Assembly: GCA_963666215.2 (NCBI GenBank)
Contig: CAXWPL010000004.1
Span: 32,001-96,000 of the forward strand
Direction: 5' to 3'
DNA length: 64,000 nucleotides
Source of the DNA: Acidobacteriota bacterium
GTDB taxonomy: Bacteria; Acidobacteriota; UBA890; WLXD01
Below the pieces are notes generated by a model. The model worked only from the letters and a program-made list of their open reading frames with translations. It searched no databases and was not told the DNA's origin. Made by a program: the position numbers and the translations under genes. The first letter of the stretch is position 1, and each line of letters opens with the position of its first letter. Shown in pieces: positions 53,263 to 62,095 of this stretch.

Positions 53263-54663
53263 ATGGAACCACCACTCATGTCGCAATCGTCAGATAACGT
53301 CCGCGAGCACATCGACGGCAATCGCGGGCCGTGGCTCGACGAGCTGTTCGAGTTTCTTCGTATCCCCAGCGTTTCCACCGATCGCGAACGCGCCGATCGC
53401 GTGCGCGAGGCGGCCGATTGGCTCGCCGGCAAGCTCGGCGACGCCGGCTGCGCCGAGGTTGAAGTGTGGGAAACGGAGGGACACCCCGTGGTTTACGGCG
53501 CCTGGCGCGGTGCCACCGACGCACCCACCGTCCTCGTTTACGGACACTATGACGTGCAGCCCGAAGACCCCGTCGAGCTCTGGAGAACTGCGCCGTTCGA
53601 GCCCGAAGTCCGCGACGGCAGACTCTTCGCCCGCGGCGCTGCCGACGACAAGGGTCAGCTCTACATCCACGTGAAAGCACTGGAAAGCTGGCTTCAGGCC
53701 ACCGGCACCTGCCCGGCGAACGTGGTGTTCCTTATTGAAGGCGAAGAAGAGGTCGGCAGCCCCAACGTCGAGGCCGTTGTCCGCGAGCACCTCGAGCAGC
53801 TGCGCTGCGACGCCGTGATGGTTTCCGACACCGCCATGTTCGGTCCGGACATGCCGACGCTGTGCAACGGGCTGCGCGGCCTGGCCTATCTACAAATCGA
53901 CGTCGAGGGTCCGAAGGGCGACCTGCACTCGGGCGTCTACGGCGGCACCGTCGTCAACCCTGCCGAGACGCTCGCCAAGATGCTCGCCACGTGCCGCAAC
54001 GCCGACGGCCGCGTGGCGATACCCGGCTTCTACGACAAGGTGCAGACCGTCGATGACGACGAGCGCGCCGCCTGGGCCGACCTACCGTTCGACGAGGAGG
54101 CCTACCGCGAGGATCTCGATGTTGATGCGCTGCTCTCGGTAGAGGGCTTTTCGGTACTGGAAGCGCGCTCGATGCGCCCGACCTTCGAAGTCAACGGATT
54201 GCTCTCGGGCTGGACCGGCGAGGGCAGCAAAACCGTGCTGCCCGCCACAGCCATGGCCAAGGTCAGCATGCGCCTGGTAGCCGACCAGGACCCCGACGAA
54301 ATCGCCGATGCCTTCACGGCTCACATCCACAGCGTCACGCCACCCGGCGTACGCGTGAAGATCAGCCGCATGCACGGCGGCAAGCCCTGGTCGGCACCAC
54401 GCGACCATCCCGTTCTGCAGGCCGCCTCGCGTGCCCTTCACCGCGCCTTCGATGCCGAAACCGTGTTCATCCGCGAGGGCGGTTCGATTCCACTCGTCGG
54501 CACACTCCAAGGCCTCTTCGGCGTTCCGACTGTGCTCATGGGTTTCGGCTTGCCCGGCGACAACCTCCACGCTCCCAACGAGAGCTTCGTCCTCGAAAAC
54601 TTCTACACCGGCGTGCTCAGCGCCGCCTACTTCCTCGAAGAGCTCGCCGGCTCGTCTGACTAA
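53263..54663 (+). CDS. M20 family dipeptidase (CNDP/DapE-like); start 53263 or 53278
   Basis: YGHYDVQP, RGAADDKGQ, EGEEEVGS, DLHSG, GGSIP, HAPNE. Confidence 0.93.
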   Translation: MEPPLMSQSSDNVREHIDGNRGPWLDELFEFLRIPSVSTDRERADRVREAADWLAGKLGDAGCAEVEVWETEGHPVVYGAWRGATDAPTVLVYGHYDVQPEDPVELWRTAPFEPEVRDGRLFARGAADDKGQLYIHVKALESWLQATGTCPANVVFLIEGEEEVGSPNVEAVVREHLEQLRCDAVMVSDTAMFGPDMPTLCNGLRGLAYLQIDVEGPKGDLHSGVYGGTVVNPAETLAKMLATCRNADGRVAIPGFYDKVQTVDDDERAAWADLPFDEEAYREDLDVDALLSVEGFSVLEARSMRPTFEVNGLLSGWTGEGSKTVLPATAMAKVSMRLVADQDPDEIADAFTAHIHSVTPPGVRVKISRMHGGKPWSAPRDHPVLQAASRALHRAFDAETVFIREGGSIPLVGTLQGLFGVPTVLMGFGLPGDNLHAPNESFVLENFYTGVLSAAYFLEELAGSSD

Positions 54664-54736
54664 CCCCTCGCGCGATCAGGTCGACCTCGGTCGACATCGG
54701 TCGACACCAGCGCCCGACTCAAGACTGGCTCCACAG

Positions 54737-55099
54737 ATGAAACGCAAGACCTTCCTTCGCAAGATGCGCGATCACCGCCGTGGCGACCGCGAGCTCGAGC
54801 TTCGCGACTCCGAGCAGCGTCGCCGTGTCGACTGGCGAACTCTTCGTGTGGAGTTGCCCGATGACGGCGAGGTGGAGCAGCAGGTGGCCGTCGGCGTGGT
54901 GCTGCTGCGCCCGGAAAACGTCGAGTTGCGTGCCAGCGAGAGCTGCTGGGTGCGGGGTTATCGGCGTTGGGAGAACAACGAGGGCGAGGGGCGGGCCGAG
55001 TTTCAGTATCGGCTGGCGCAGAACGGCAATGAGCCGCCGCCGGGGTCGACTTCGGTGGAGGCGGATGGGGCTTGGATTGCTGAGGGCGACAGGGAGTAG
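54737..55099 (+). CDS. hypothetical protein
   Basis: 120-aa ORF from ATG 54737 filling the gap; no recognised motif. Confidence 0.5.
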   Translation: MKRKTFLRKMRDHRRGDRELELRDSEQRRRVDWRTLRVELPDDGEVEQQVAVGVVLLRPENVELRASESCWVRGYRRWENNEGEGRAEFQYRLAQNGNEPPPGSTSVEADGAWIAEGDRE

Positions 55100-55132
55100 G
55101 TGGGGGGCGGTGTGATGGGTGTTCTGGGTGGG

Positions 55133-55160
55133 GCGCGGGGAGGAGACACGGGCCTCCCCC
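55133..55160. repeat. REP-like hairpin, copy 2
   Basis: GCGCGGGGAGGAGACACGG + GCCTCCCC; GGGGAGG pairs with CCTCCCC. Confidence 0.6.
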
Positions 55161-55183
55161 CATCCGCGGGATTCTGGCCGTTG

Positions 55184-55314
55184 CTGGGGAAAGGTGGTGG
55201 TTTCTGACCGAGTTCGAGCAGCTCGTCCTGCTCGCCCTGGTGCGACTGGAGGGGGACGCCTACGGCATGAGCGTTTCCCCGTTCCCCGTTCCCCGGATCT
55301 ACTGCTGCAAGTGA
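55184..55314 (+). pseudogene. truncated PadR-family regulator
   Basis: (L)GKGG / frameshift / FLTEFEQLVLLALVRLEGDAYGMSV, then loss of similarity at a GTTCCCC repeat. Confidence 0.7.
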
Positions 55315-55415
55315 AAGAAATCCTCAGTGATTATTTCTACATCAAAATGAATTAAATCAGGTCTCGAGACCGAATCGGGAGCCCGACCACGGCTGACTTC
55401 GGAGATCTCGCCGGC

Positions 55416-56120
55416 TCACGCGTACAGCTTCACCAGCGCAAGGATGTGGCCCAGCATGAACAGGGGCACGGTGAAGTTGGGCGCCAGGGCCATGGGAAAC
55501 CGAAAGACGATCGTGGAATCGGGCTTGGTCTCGAAGATCCTGAAGGGCGATGGAACCGAGAAAAACATCGAGAGGCCGGCGCCAGTGAACAGTGCGAAGC
55601 CTACCCAGTGCCACGCGATCAAGAAGGCGGGCGTCAAAGCCTGGCTGTCGGCCATGCCGGCCACGAACACCGCGCTCGCCCCGAACAGGAAGTCGGGTAT
55701 CGCCCCGAGCAGGATGAAGTGAAGCGGTAGCTCGCCCTGCCAGTACTTGATGACGGTGCCGATCGCCAATAGCCGGAGGGCATGTATCCACGCCAGCTCA
55801 GCGTGGGTGGCTTGCGAGGCCGCAATCAGAACCCCCTCCCTGCCGACCTCGGTGCCGCAGAACAGGGCAGCTCCGAAGCCGACGACGAGAGCTACGCCCA
55901 CCAGGTTGGAGAGCCGCGGCGCGTGCTTCAGGAGGAAGTCCCTCCTGGCGGCGACCACCCCGGACACCAGCCAGCCCAGCATCACGGCGATCCACACGCC
56001 CACGGTTGCGACGTAGCCGGCTGCCGCGTCATCGGGTCGTAGAAGCCACGACGCGATCCACGCCAACTCGGTGAGTCCCAACCAGACAATCAAGGCTCGC
56101 AGATTCTCGTAGGTGTTCAT
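55416..56120 (-). CDS. multi-pass membrane protein
   Basis: About 7 TM; FRFPMALAPNFTVPLFMLGH C-terminal motif. Confidence 0.75.
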   Translation of the reverse strand: MNTYENLRALIVWLGLTELAWIASWLLRPDDAAAGYVATVGVWIAVMLGWLVSGVVAARRDFLLKHAPRLSNLVGVALVVGFGAALFCGTEVGREGVLIAASQATHAELAWIHALRLLAIGTVIKYWQGELPLHFILLGAIPDFLFGASAVFVAGMADSQALTPAFLIAWHWVGFALFTGAGLSMFFSVPSPFRIFETKPDSTIVFRFPMALAPNFTVPLFMLGHILALVKLYA

Positions 56121-56163
56121 CTCTGGGTTCCCTCGGCTACGTCGGCTACGTCGCGGGCGGCGG

Positions 56164-57261
56164 TCAGGACGTCGAGCTTGGCAGCAGGTACAGCTCCTGC
56201 CGCTCGGCGTGGGCGCGCCATTCGGGGCTGTCGCTGGCCAGCACGATGTCGCTCAGCACCGGATGCCCGTGGTCTCGTTCCCAGCGATCGAAGCGCGGCG
56301 GTCGGCTCAGCAGCATCCGAGCCATGAATGCCATCGCGCCGAGCTTTCCTGTGTTCGTCAAGCCAGGTGCGATGAGCGACGGGTTGTCGAGGTAGCGCCG
56401 GGCGATCGTCTCGAAGCTCTCCGGCTTGCGACCCGTGATGGCTTCAACGTGGTCGGTCGGTGCGCCGACCTCGAACACACCCTGGCGGATCTCCTCGGCG
56501 TAATGGAGCATCTGTGAGATTTCGAAGTCGGTCACGCCCAGTGTTGTGGCCGCCTTCGCGAACATCCTCGGCGAGCTGTCCTGGTACCGGACCTTGCGTC
56601 CCACGACGCGAGTCAGGATGTCGGCGATATCACCAGGCGACAGAAGCTCAGGACCGGTAGGTCGATACGTCTTGCCAATGTGGCGCGCCGGATCGGCTAG
56701 CACGCCGGCCGCCACCCGTCCGATGTCGCCGTTGAAAGGGGGTGCGTTGCGGCCGTTGCCGAACGGAGCAGCGAGCATGCCCAGGTGCACGATCGCCGGC
56801 AGCCCGAGCAGGTAGATGAAGGCGAAGATCCCCGGATTCACGTGGATGACGTCGACCGTCGGCATCCAGCGGTACAGCTGGTTGGCCATCCAGTGCTCGC
56901 GCGTGACGATGGCCGGATGCGTGGGATGCGGATTCCAGCCACTCATGAGTGCCACGACCTCGAGCTTGGCCTCCTCCGCGGCAAGCGCGAAGAGGCTGGC
57001 GCCGTTGAGCAGGTTGGGCCCGAAGGGTGGACAGTGATACGCGCGTTGCACCCCATCGAGCGCCCTGCGCAGATCCTGAAAGTCGAACAGGTCGCCGGTG
57101 ATGATCTCGGCGCCGGCCTTCTCGAGCGCCGCGCTGCGAGCATCGCGCCGGCGGACGAGGGCCCGGACGGGAAAGTCCTTGCTCAGAAGATCCAGCACGG
57201 CGGCCGAGCCGGTGCGTCCTGCCGCGGCGGTAACCAAAATTCTGGGTTTGCTAGTATTCAT
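56164..57261 (-). CDS. NmrA-family NAD(P)-binding protein
   Basis: ILVTAAAGRTG, VRALVRR, GDLFD, TGPELLS. Confidence 0.9.
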   Translation of the reverse strand: MNTSKPRILVTAAAGRTGSAAVLDLLSKDFPVRALVRRRDARSAALEKAGAEIITGDLFDFQDLRRALDGVQRAYHCPPFGPNLLNGASLFALAAEEAKLEVVALMSGWNPHPTHPAIVTREHWMANQLYRWMPTVDVIHVNPGIFAFIYLLGLPAIVHLGMLAAPFGNGRNAPPFNGDIGRVAAGVLADPARHIGKTYRPTGPELLSPGDIADILTRVVGRKVRYQDSSPRMFAKAATTLGVTDFEISQMLHYAEEIRQGVFEVGAPTDHVEAITGRKPESFETIARRYLDNPSLIAPGLTNTGKLGAMAFMARMLLSRPPRFDRWERDHGHPVLSDIVLASDSPEWRAHAERQELYLLPSSTS

Positions 57262-57313
57262 GATGGGTCCTTTTGGGTTGTGCGCCCGCCGCTCCATGGG
57301 CTGGCGCTTGATA

Positions 57314-57327
57314 AGTGTAGATACACG
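57314..57327. promoter_or_regulatory. putative MarR operator upstream of the NmrA gene
   Basis: AGTGTAGATACACG (palindromic core GTGTA-GA-TACAC), identical to 57860-57873. Confidence 0.8.
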
Positions 57328-57385
57328 TTTCGGAACAAAGGAAAGCGCCGCGCCGCGGTTTTGGCGGGAACGGGACAGATCGCGC

Positions 57386-57820
57386 TCATTTCGATTCATC
57401 CGCGAGGCTCGCAAGCGCCTCGATATCGGCACGCAATCTCGGCCAATCGCCCAGCTCCTGCGTGATCGAGCCCTGAATCCGCTGCCAGAGAGGTATCGCC
57501 GTTTCGAGCGCCTCGCGCCCGGCCGTGGTGACGGCCACCAGCTTGACTCGGGCATCCTGCCCCGCGTCGAGGCGTACAAGACCTTCACGAACCATGAGCT
57601 TGAGGTTGCGCGTCAGCGTCGTCCGGTCGACGCCCATGCCGGCGGCCAGCTCGGTGATCGTGAGGCCGTCCGCGGAACCGGAGATCGACGCGAGGGTGGC
57701 GAATTGTGTGTTGTTGAGCCCGCTCGGTTCCAACGCGCGGTCGTAGGCCTGCGCGAGCAACCGGGCCGCTTTTCGTGTGTTGTAACAGGCACAGGCGCCC
57801 AGATCGGGGCTGGCGTTCAT
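57386..57820 (-). CDS. MarR-family transcriptional regulator
   Basis: CACYNTRKAAR..YD.AL..GL...QF, DRTTLTRNL, DAR...V.VT.AG. Confidence 0.93.
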   Translation of the reverse strand: MNASPDLGACACYNTRKAARLLAQAYDRALEPSGLNNTQFATLASISGSADGLTITELAAGMGVDRTTLTRNLKLMVREGLVRLDAGQDARVKLVAVTTAGREALETAIPLWQRIQGSITQELGDWPRLRADIEALASLADESK

Positions 57821-57859
57821 GGATGGTCTCGCTTCGTTCGGTAGCATGGCGACGAATAT

Positions 57860-57873
57860 AGTGTAGATACACG
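57860..57873. promoter_or_regulatory. putative MarR autoregulatory operator
   Basis: Second copy of AGTGTAGATACACG, 40 bp upstream of ATG 57820. Confidence 0.8.
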
Positions 57874-58051
57874 CATATGTCAACCAGCTCAAACCGGCAT
57901 CCCGCGGATTCGTCTTCCGGTGGCCATCTCATCCCAGTGAGGGGTTTGCCTGAGGAGTCGGCCTGAGGGCGCGATTGTCTGATCCGTTGAGCGCTGAGTC
58001 GACAACCCCTCGAGCCTGTTGTGCGGTATCGATTTTCCTGGGAGGAACAGC

Positions 58052-59266
58052 ATGCGACGACGGCGCCTCGCCGCCCCAATGGTGGCATTCATGATCACCT
58101 CCGCAGTGGCCGCTGCTCCCGCGCGAGTGCAGTCTTCTGAGCCCCAACTCGTGCCGAGCGAGCCAACGTGCGCCGGCTGCTCGATCCGCCTCGAGCGCAA
58201 GGTCACGCTCGCAAGTGAAGCGCTGTTGTGCAGGATCCCCGCCGGGGTCGCCCGCGACAGCAACGGGCGCATTTATGTGGGGCCTGCCTGTGATGAGCAC
58301 CGCTACTACGTTTTCGATGGCGACGGCCGGCTGATGGATGAGCGTGGCAAGCGCCGCGCGTCCGTCAGCCGGCGTAGCGTGCCCGGAGAGATCAACCAGC
58401 TTTGGGTCGACCCGTTGGATCGGCTGCATGTTTACGACGCGTCCGATCGCGAGGTCGTCCTGTCGGCACATGGCGGAACTCTGATGACGAAGACCGGCGG
58501 GCGAGCGCCATTTTCTGTTCTCGCTGTGGGTGACAAGCGCCAGTTGCATCACATCCCAGGCGCCTACCACCCTTCCGGCGAGCCGTTCCACGTGCTCGAC
58601 GATCGCAGTCGTTTGGAGCGTTCGTTCGGCGCAAGCGGCAACCCCGCCGTCGTGGCAGGTGGCGGGGCTAGGGCGGCTGAGCCGGGCAGCGCGGGCGATT
58701 CGAGCGCGACGGGCGCGGCGGGCGCTGTAGGCGCCGCGAGCGCCATGAGCGACTATCGACCGTGGCTCACCAAGCGCTCAATCGCGCGCCACGACGAGAG
58801 CTCGTTCTGGTCGGCTCGGGTCGAAAAATACCGACTCGAGCTTTGGACCCACGACGGTGAGCTGGTGCGCCAGCTACAACGCGACCTCGAGTGGCTCCAG
58901 CCCGGCGCCAGCTCCGGCACCGACCCACCGGAGTGGCCTGAGAACGTGGTGGCGGCGATCCACCAAGATCGCGACGGGTATCTCTGGGTGATGCTCCACA
59001 GGCTGGTCGACGCGTCGGCCGAGCCGGCGATCGACTGGCAGCGCCGCTACGACACTGTCTTCGAAGTCCTCGATCCAGATGCCGGCCTCCTGCTGGCCAC
59101 ATTACAGGTCGATGATCTGTTCGACGGTTGGGTCGACGGGATGCTGCGGACGCTGCGCGAGGGCCCCGACGGCAACTACCGGCTGGAGCTCTGGGAGGCG
59201 GGTCTATGTAAGGAGCCTGGTCCGCATAAAGAGCCTGGTCCGCGTAGAGAGCCTTGTCCGCGGTGA
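58052..59266 (+). CDS. secreted NHL/6-bladed beta-propeller-like protein
   Basis: GGGAGG RBS, signal peptide, DSNGRIYV, D.LHVYD, DRDGYLWV blades; 18-bp x3 tail repeat at 59210-59263. Confidence 0.7.
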   Translation: MRRRRLAAPMVAFMITSAVAAAPARVQSSEPQLVPSEPTCAGCSIRLERKVTLASEALLCRIPAGVARDSNGRIYVGPACDEHRYYVFDGDGRLMDERGKRRASVSRRSVPGEINQLWVDPLDRLHVYDASDREVVLSAHGGTLMTKTGGRAPFSVLAVGDKRQLHHIPGAYHPSGEPFHVLDDRSRLERSFGASGNPAVVAGGGARAAEPGSAGDSSATGAAGAVGAASAMSDYRPWLTKRSIARHDESSFWSARVEKYRLELWTHDGELVRQLQRDLEWLQPGASSGTDPPEWPENVVAAIHQDRDGYLWVMLHRLVDASAEPAIDWQRRYDTVFEVLDPDAGLLLATLQVDDLFDGWVDGMLRTLREGPDGNYRLELWEAGLCKEPGPHKEPGPRREPCPR

Positions 59267-59344
59267 CGCCGAGCTACGGCGGCCTTGCTCGAGTCGACCC
59301 CGTATCGCTCGGGTGCACACCGAATTCGGTACGAGGAGCCGGGC

Positions 59345-60130
59345 TCAGGTCGAGGACTTGCGATAGAGCCGCAGGTGGAAGCGGCGCGTCCATCGTTCTT
59401 GGGCCGCCTCATCGATGAAGTCCATGCGGCAGCCGGCCACGCGCTCCAGCGCTGGTGTGGACGTGGTGAACATGTCGTCGAGCTCGGTGGCGAGAAACAG
59501 CTGGTTGCGGATGCCCGTGTTGGGGTCCTCCACCACCCAGTCGACGAGTGTGTCCGGCTCGCCGGTCGATCGCGCTGACCAGAGCTTGAACTCGCGGTAG
59601 TAGCCGTCGTCGCGGTGGAAGGTGACGAGCATCAACCAGCCGCCGGGTCGCAGCACGCGAGCGATCTCGGCGGCGTAGTGCGCCTGGTACTCGGCCTCGA
59701 CGAGGTTATCGACGGCCGTGATGTCGAGAACGGCACCGACGCTGGCGTCGCGCACGGGGAGCGGCTGGCGCAGATCGTGTTGCGCGGGCTGTGCGCGAAG
59801 CGGGCTCGGCCCGGCTCCGGCGGCAGTGCCAGCGGCAGTGCCGGCGAGGGCGCGCGCCGCATGCCCGGTGATTCGATCGCGGAACTGCCGCAACGCCACG
59901 AGCGAGTGGTCAACGCCGAGCACGACGTGCCCCGCCTCGGCCAGCGGAACGGCGTTGCGACCGCGGCCGCAGGCGCACTCGAGAATCGGGCCGTCGATCG
60001 ACTCGCCACGAGCCGCCAGGTAGCCGAGAAAAAACTGCACACCGCGATCGAGCTCGTCGCGGTACGACGTGGTGTACGCGTGGACCTCGGCGTACTCACG
60101 CTCCCACGCGGCGCGCGCGCTTTGCGTCAT
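59345..60130 (-). CDS. class I SAM-dependent methyltransferase
   Basis: ILECACGRGRN, GVDHS, ARVLRPGG. Confidence 0.85.
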   Translation of the reverse strand: MTQSARAAWEREYAEVHAYTTSYRDELDRGVQFFLGYLAARGESIDGPILECACGRGRNAVPLAEAGHVVLGVDHSLVALRQFRDRITGHAARALAGTAAGTAAGAGPSPLRAQPAQHDLRQPLPVRDASVGAVLDITAVDNLVEAEYQAHYAAEIARVLRPGGWLMLVTFHRDDGYYREFKLWSARSTGEPDTLVDWVVEDPNTGIRNQLFLATELDDMFTTSTPALERVAGCRMDFIDEAAQERWTRRFHLRLYRKSST

Positions 60131-60225
60131 GAGCAACTCAACCGAACCGCCGGATGGGGTCTTTTCTTGGAGAACGGGCAGCTCGCGCTGGCTGCGCGAT
60201 CGACCGATCTTCCCGGAGGATCCCG

Positions 60226-61317
60226 CTAGGCGTTGAGGAACACCCCGTCAGGATCGCGATCGGCAGAGCGGCTTCCGGGGGCTCGCGAATAGAGCACGCG
60301 GGCCGCCGCAACGTCACGCGACGACAGGTCGCCGGCGCCGGCGGGGTTGAGAATCGAGGGGGAGCCGTCGTCGACGACGTAGCCGCCAAGCGAGTGCGCC
60401 AGCATGCGATTGAACAGCGCCAGCGTCGAGTCGACGCCGCAGTAGACGCAAGCTCGGTTGATGTCGAAGCGGTTGCTGATGCTGCTCGCGTGACTCGATC
60501 CGAGCAGGCTGTCCTCGCGTTGCAGAATCGCGATGGTCCCCGTCGCGCCGCCCGACAACGAGTCGGGCGGCGTGCCCGTGCGGACGTCAATCGCCGGCGC
60601 GAATCCGAGTGCTCCTCCGGTCAGAGGGCCGAATAGCGCGAGAATCGAGCTCTCCATGGCGGCGATGCGGGCGTCGGAGGCAACACGCTTCGGTACGTCG
60701 ACCAGGCGGCGGTAAATCCGCACGACCGGAAGCGAGCGCCAGCGGTTGGTCGCGCCCGGGGTCCGCGGCCGTACACCTTCCTTGCGCGGCCCGGTGCCAC
60801 GCGCGTACTGATCGAGATGCGAGAGCGTTACCGCGCCGTTGCGCTCGAGCAAGCTCACGTTCACGTCGGCGTTGCTCTGCAGTCTCAGCACCGACTCACG
60901 AACGTGATAGCCCGGTCCCCGTACCGAGATTCCGAAGTCGCCGAGCTCGGGAACACGAAACTCGAAGCGACCCGACTCGTCGGTTTCGACCGTCTCCCAG
61001 CCGACCAGGCGCACGGCCATCCCGGCGAGCGCGGCCCCCGACAGCAGATCGGTGACGAGACCCGTGAGCACTGCGCCCGCCTGAGGGGACGTCGGCTCGG
61101 TGGACGTCAACACGATGTCTTCGTCGGGCCGGTTGCGGCAGCCGGCGAGACCGACGCCGAGGGCGCCCATGCCGAGCATGCTGGCGCGGCGTAGCAGCTC
61201 GCGGCGATCGAGATTCTTCAGACGATCGCGCGCGGCGTTCACGCCATCGACCACCTCGTGACTGTCGGAATTGTCAGCTTCGTGCACGTTTGATTTTCCC
61301 CCGAGCGTCGAGCGCAT
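60226..61317 (-). CDS. Tat lipoprotein with carboxypeptidase-regulatory-like domain and degenerate metzincin domain
   Basis: DRRELL..GLAG-C; LTGLVTD..TDESGRF; NRMLAHSLG..SILN..LSSRD..LY. Confidence 0.7.
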   Translation of the reverse strand: MRSTLGGKSNVHEADNSDSHEVVDGVNAARDRLKNLDRRELLRRASMLGMGALGVGLAGCRNRPDEDIVLTSTEPTSPQAGAVLTGLVTDLLSGAALAGMAVRLVGWETVETDESGRFEFRVPELGDFGISVRGPGYHVRESVLRLQSNADVNVSLLERNGAVTLSHLDQYARGTGPRKEGVRPRTPGATNRWRSLPVVRIYRRLVDVPKRVASDARIAAMESSILALFGPLTGGALGFAPAIDVRTGTPPDSLSGGATGTIAILQREDSLLGSSHASSISNRFDINRACVYCGVDSTLALFNRMLAHSLGGYVVDDGSPSILNPAGAGDLSSRDVAAARVLYSRAPGSRSADRDPDGVFLNA

Positions 61318-61320
61318 CTT

Positions 61321-61695
61321 CTATGGATTGTCCATCGCCGTGCGGATACGGCGAGCCTGCTTGGGGAGACGTACATCGGAATTGCGAAAACGGCCGAACC
61401 CGGTGTTATAGAGCGGCTTGAGCACGTCGATCTCGGCCTCGGCGGCAGCCTGGGCTGCGTCGGCCGTCATCACTTCGTACTCCACGAACCTGACACCGGT
61501 CATCGACTGCCCTGTCAGCAAGGTGGTCAGCGCCTCGCGAAGCCCTTCGTCGCCCGCGTGACCCACGTACATGATCCGCTGCCCAGAACTACGCAGGCGG
61601 TAGATGGCAGGTTCCTCGGGCATTCGATCAAAATCGAGCGCGCCCTCCTCGATGCCCACGATTCCGGAGGCAAGGGGGGACGTATGCTGCGGCAT
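61321..61695 (-). CDS. stand-alone GIY-YIG (UvrC N-terminal-like) domain protein
   Basis: MPEEPAIYRL..IMYVGHA..LR..AEAEI..LKPLYN. Confidence 0.7.
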   Translation of the reverse strand: MPQHTSPLASGIVGIEEGALDFDRMPEEPAIYRLRSSGQRIMYVGHAGDEGLREALTTLLTGQSMTGVRFVEYEVMTADAAQAAAEAEIDVLKPLYNTGFGRFRNSDVRLPKQARRIRTAMDNP

Positions 61696-62095
61696 GCTCA
61701 CGAAGAAACTCCGGTCGGCGTCGGAATCGCGAAGAAGATCAGGGTCTCGAGATCTTGCGACTTTGCGGATTCGATGTGCGAATTCTAGAGGAAGGGCGCG
61801 AGGAATGGGCGCGCTGCAGCTCCCGTTTTTACCCCAGCGCCAGGAAAGGAGCAAGGATCGTGACGTTCGCGCACCTTCCGACCCCTCCGACGCGCGGCAC
61901 GGAGGCCACCCTGCCTCCGATTCGAGGTCATGAAAAGCGTCTTGAGCGCGACATAAGGCAGGTGAGACCATCTTCAGCGCGTATACTTTCAGGTTCGCGC
62001 CCGGTCGCAGCCTGGGCAATGCCCGATTTCACGTGAGTCGACGTGGCTGGGTAAACCCTCTGCGTGCCGTTTCGAGCCACAACAGCGGCCAATCC

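Noticed and set aside
55360-55371. GGTCTCGAGACC perfect palindrome (paired BsaI sites) as a cloning scar
   Set aside because: No vector sequence nearby; a single 12-bp palindrome is plausible by chance
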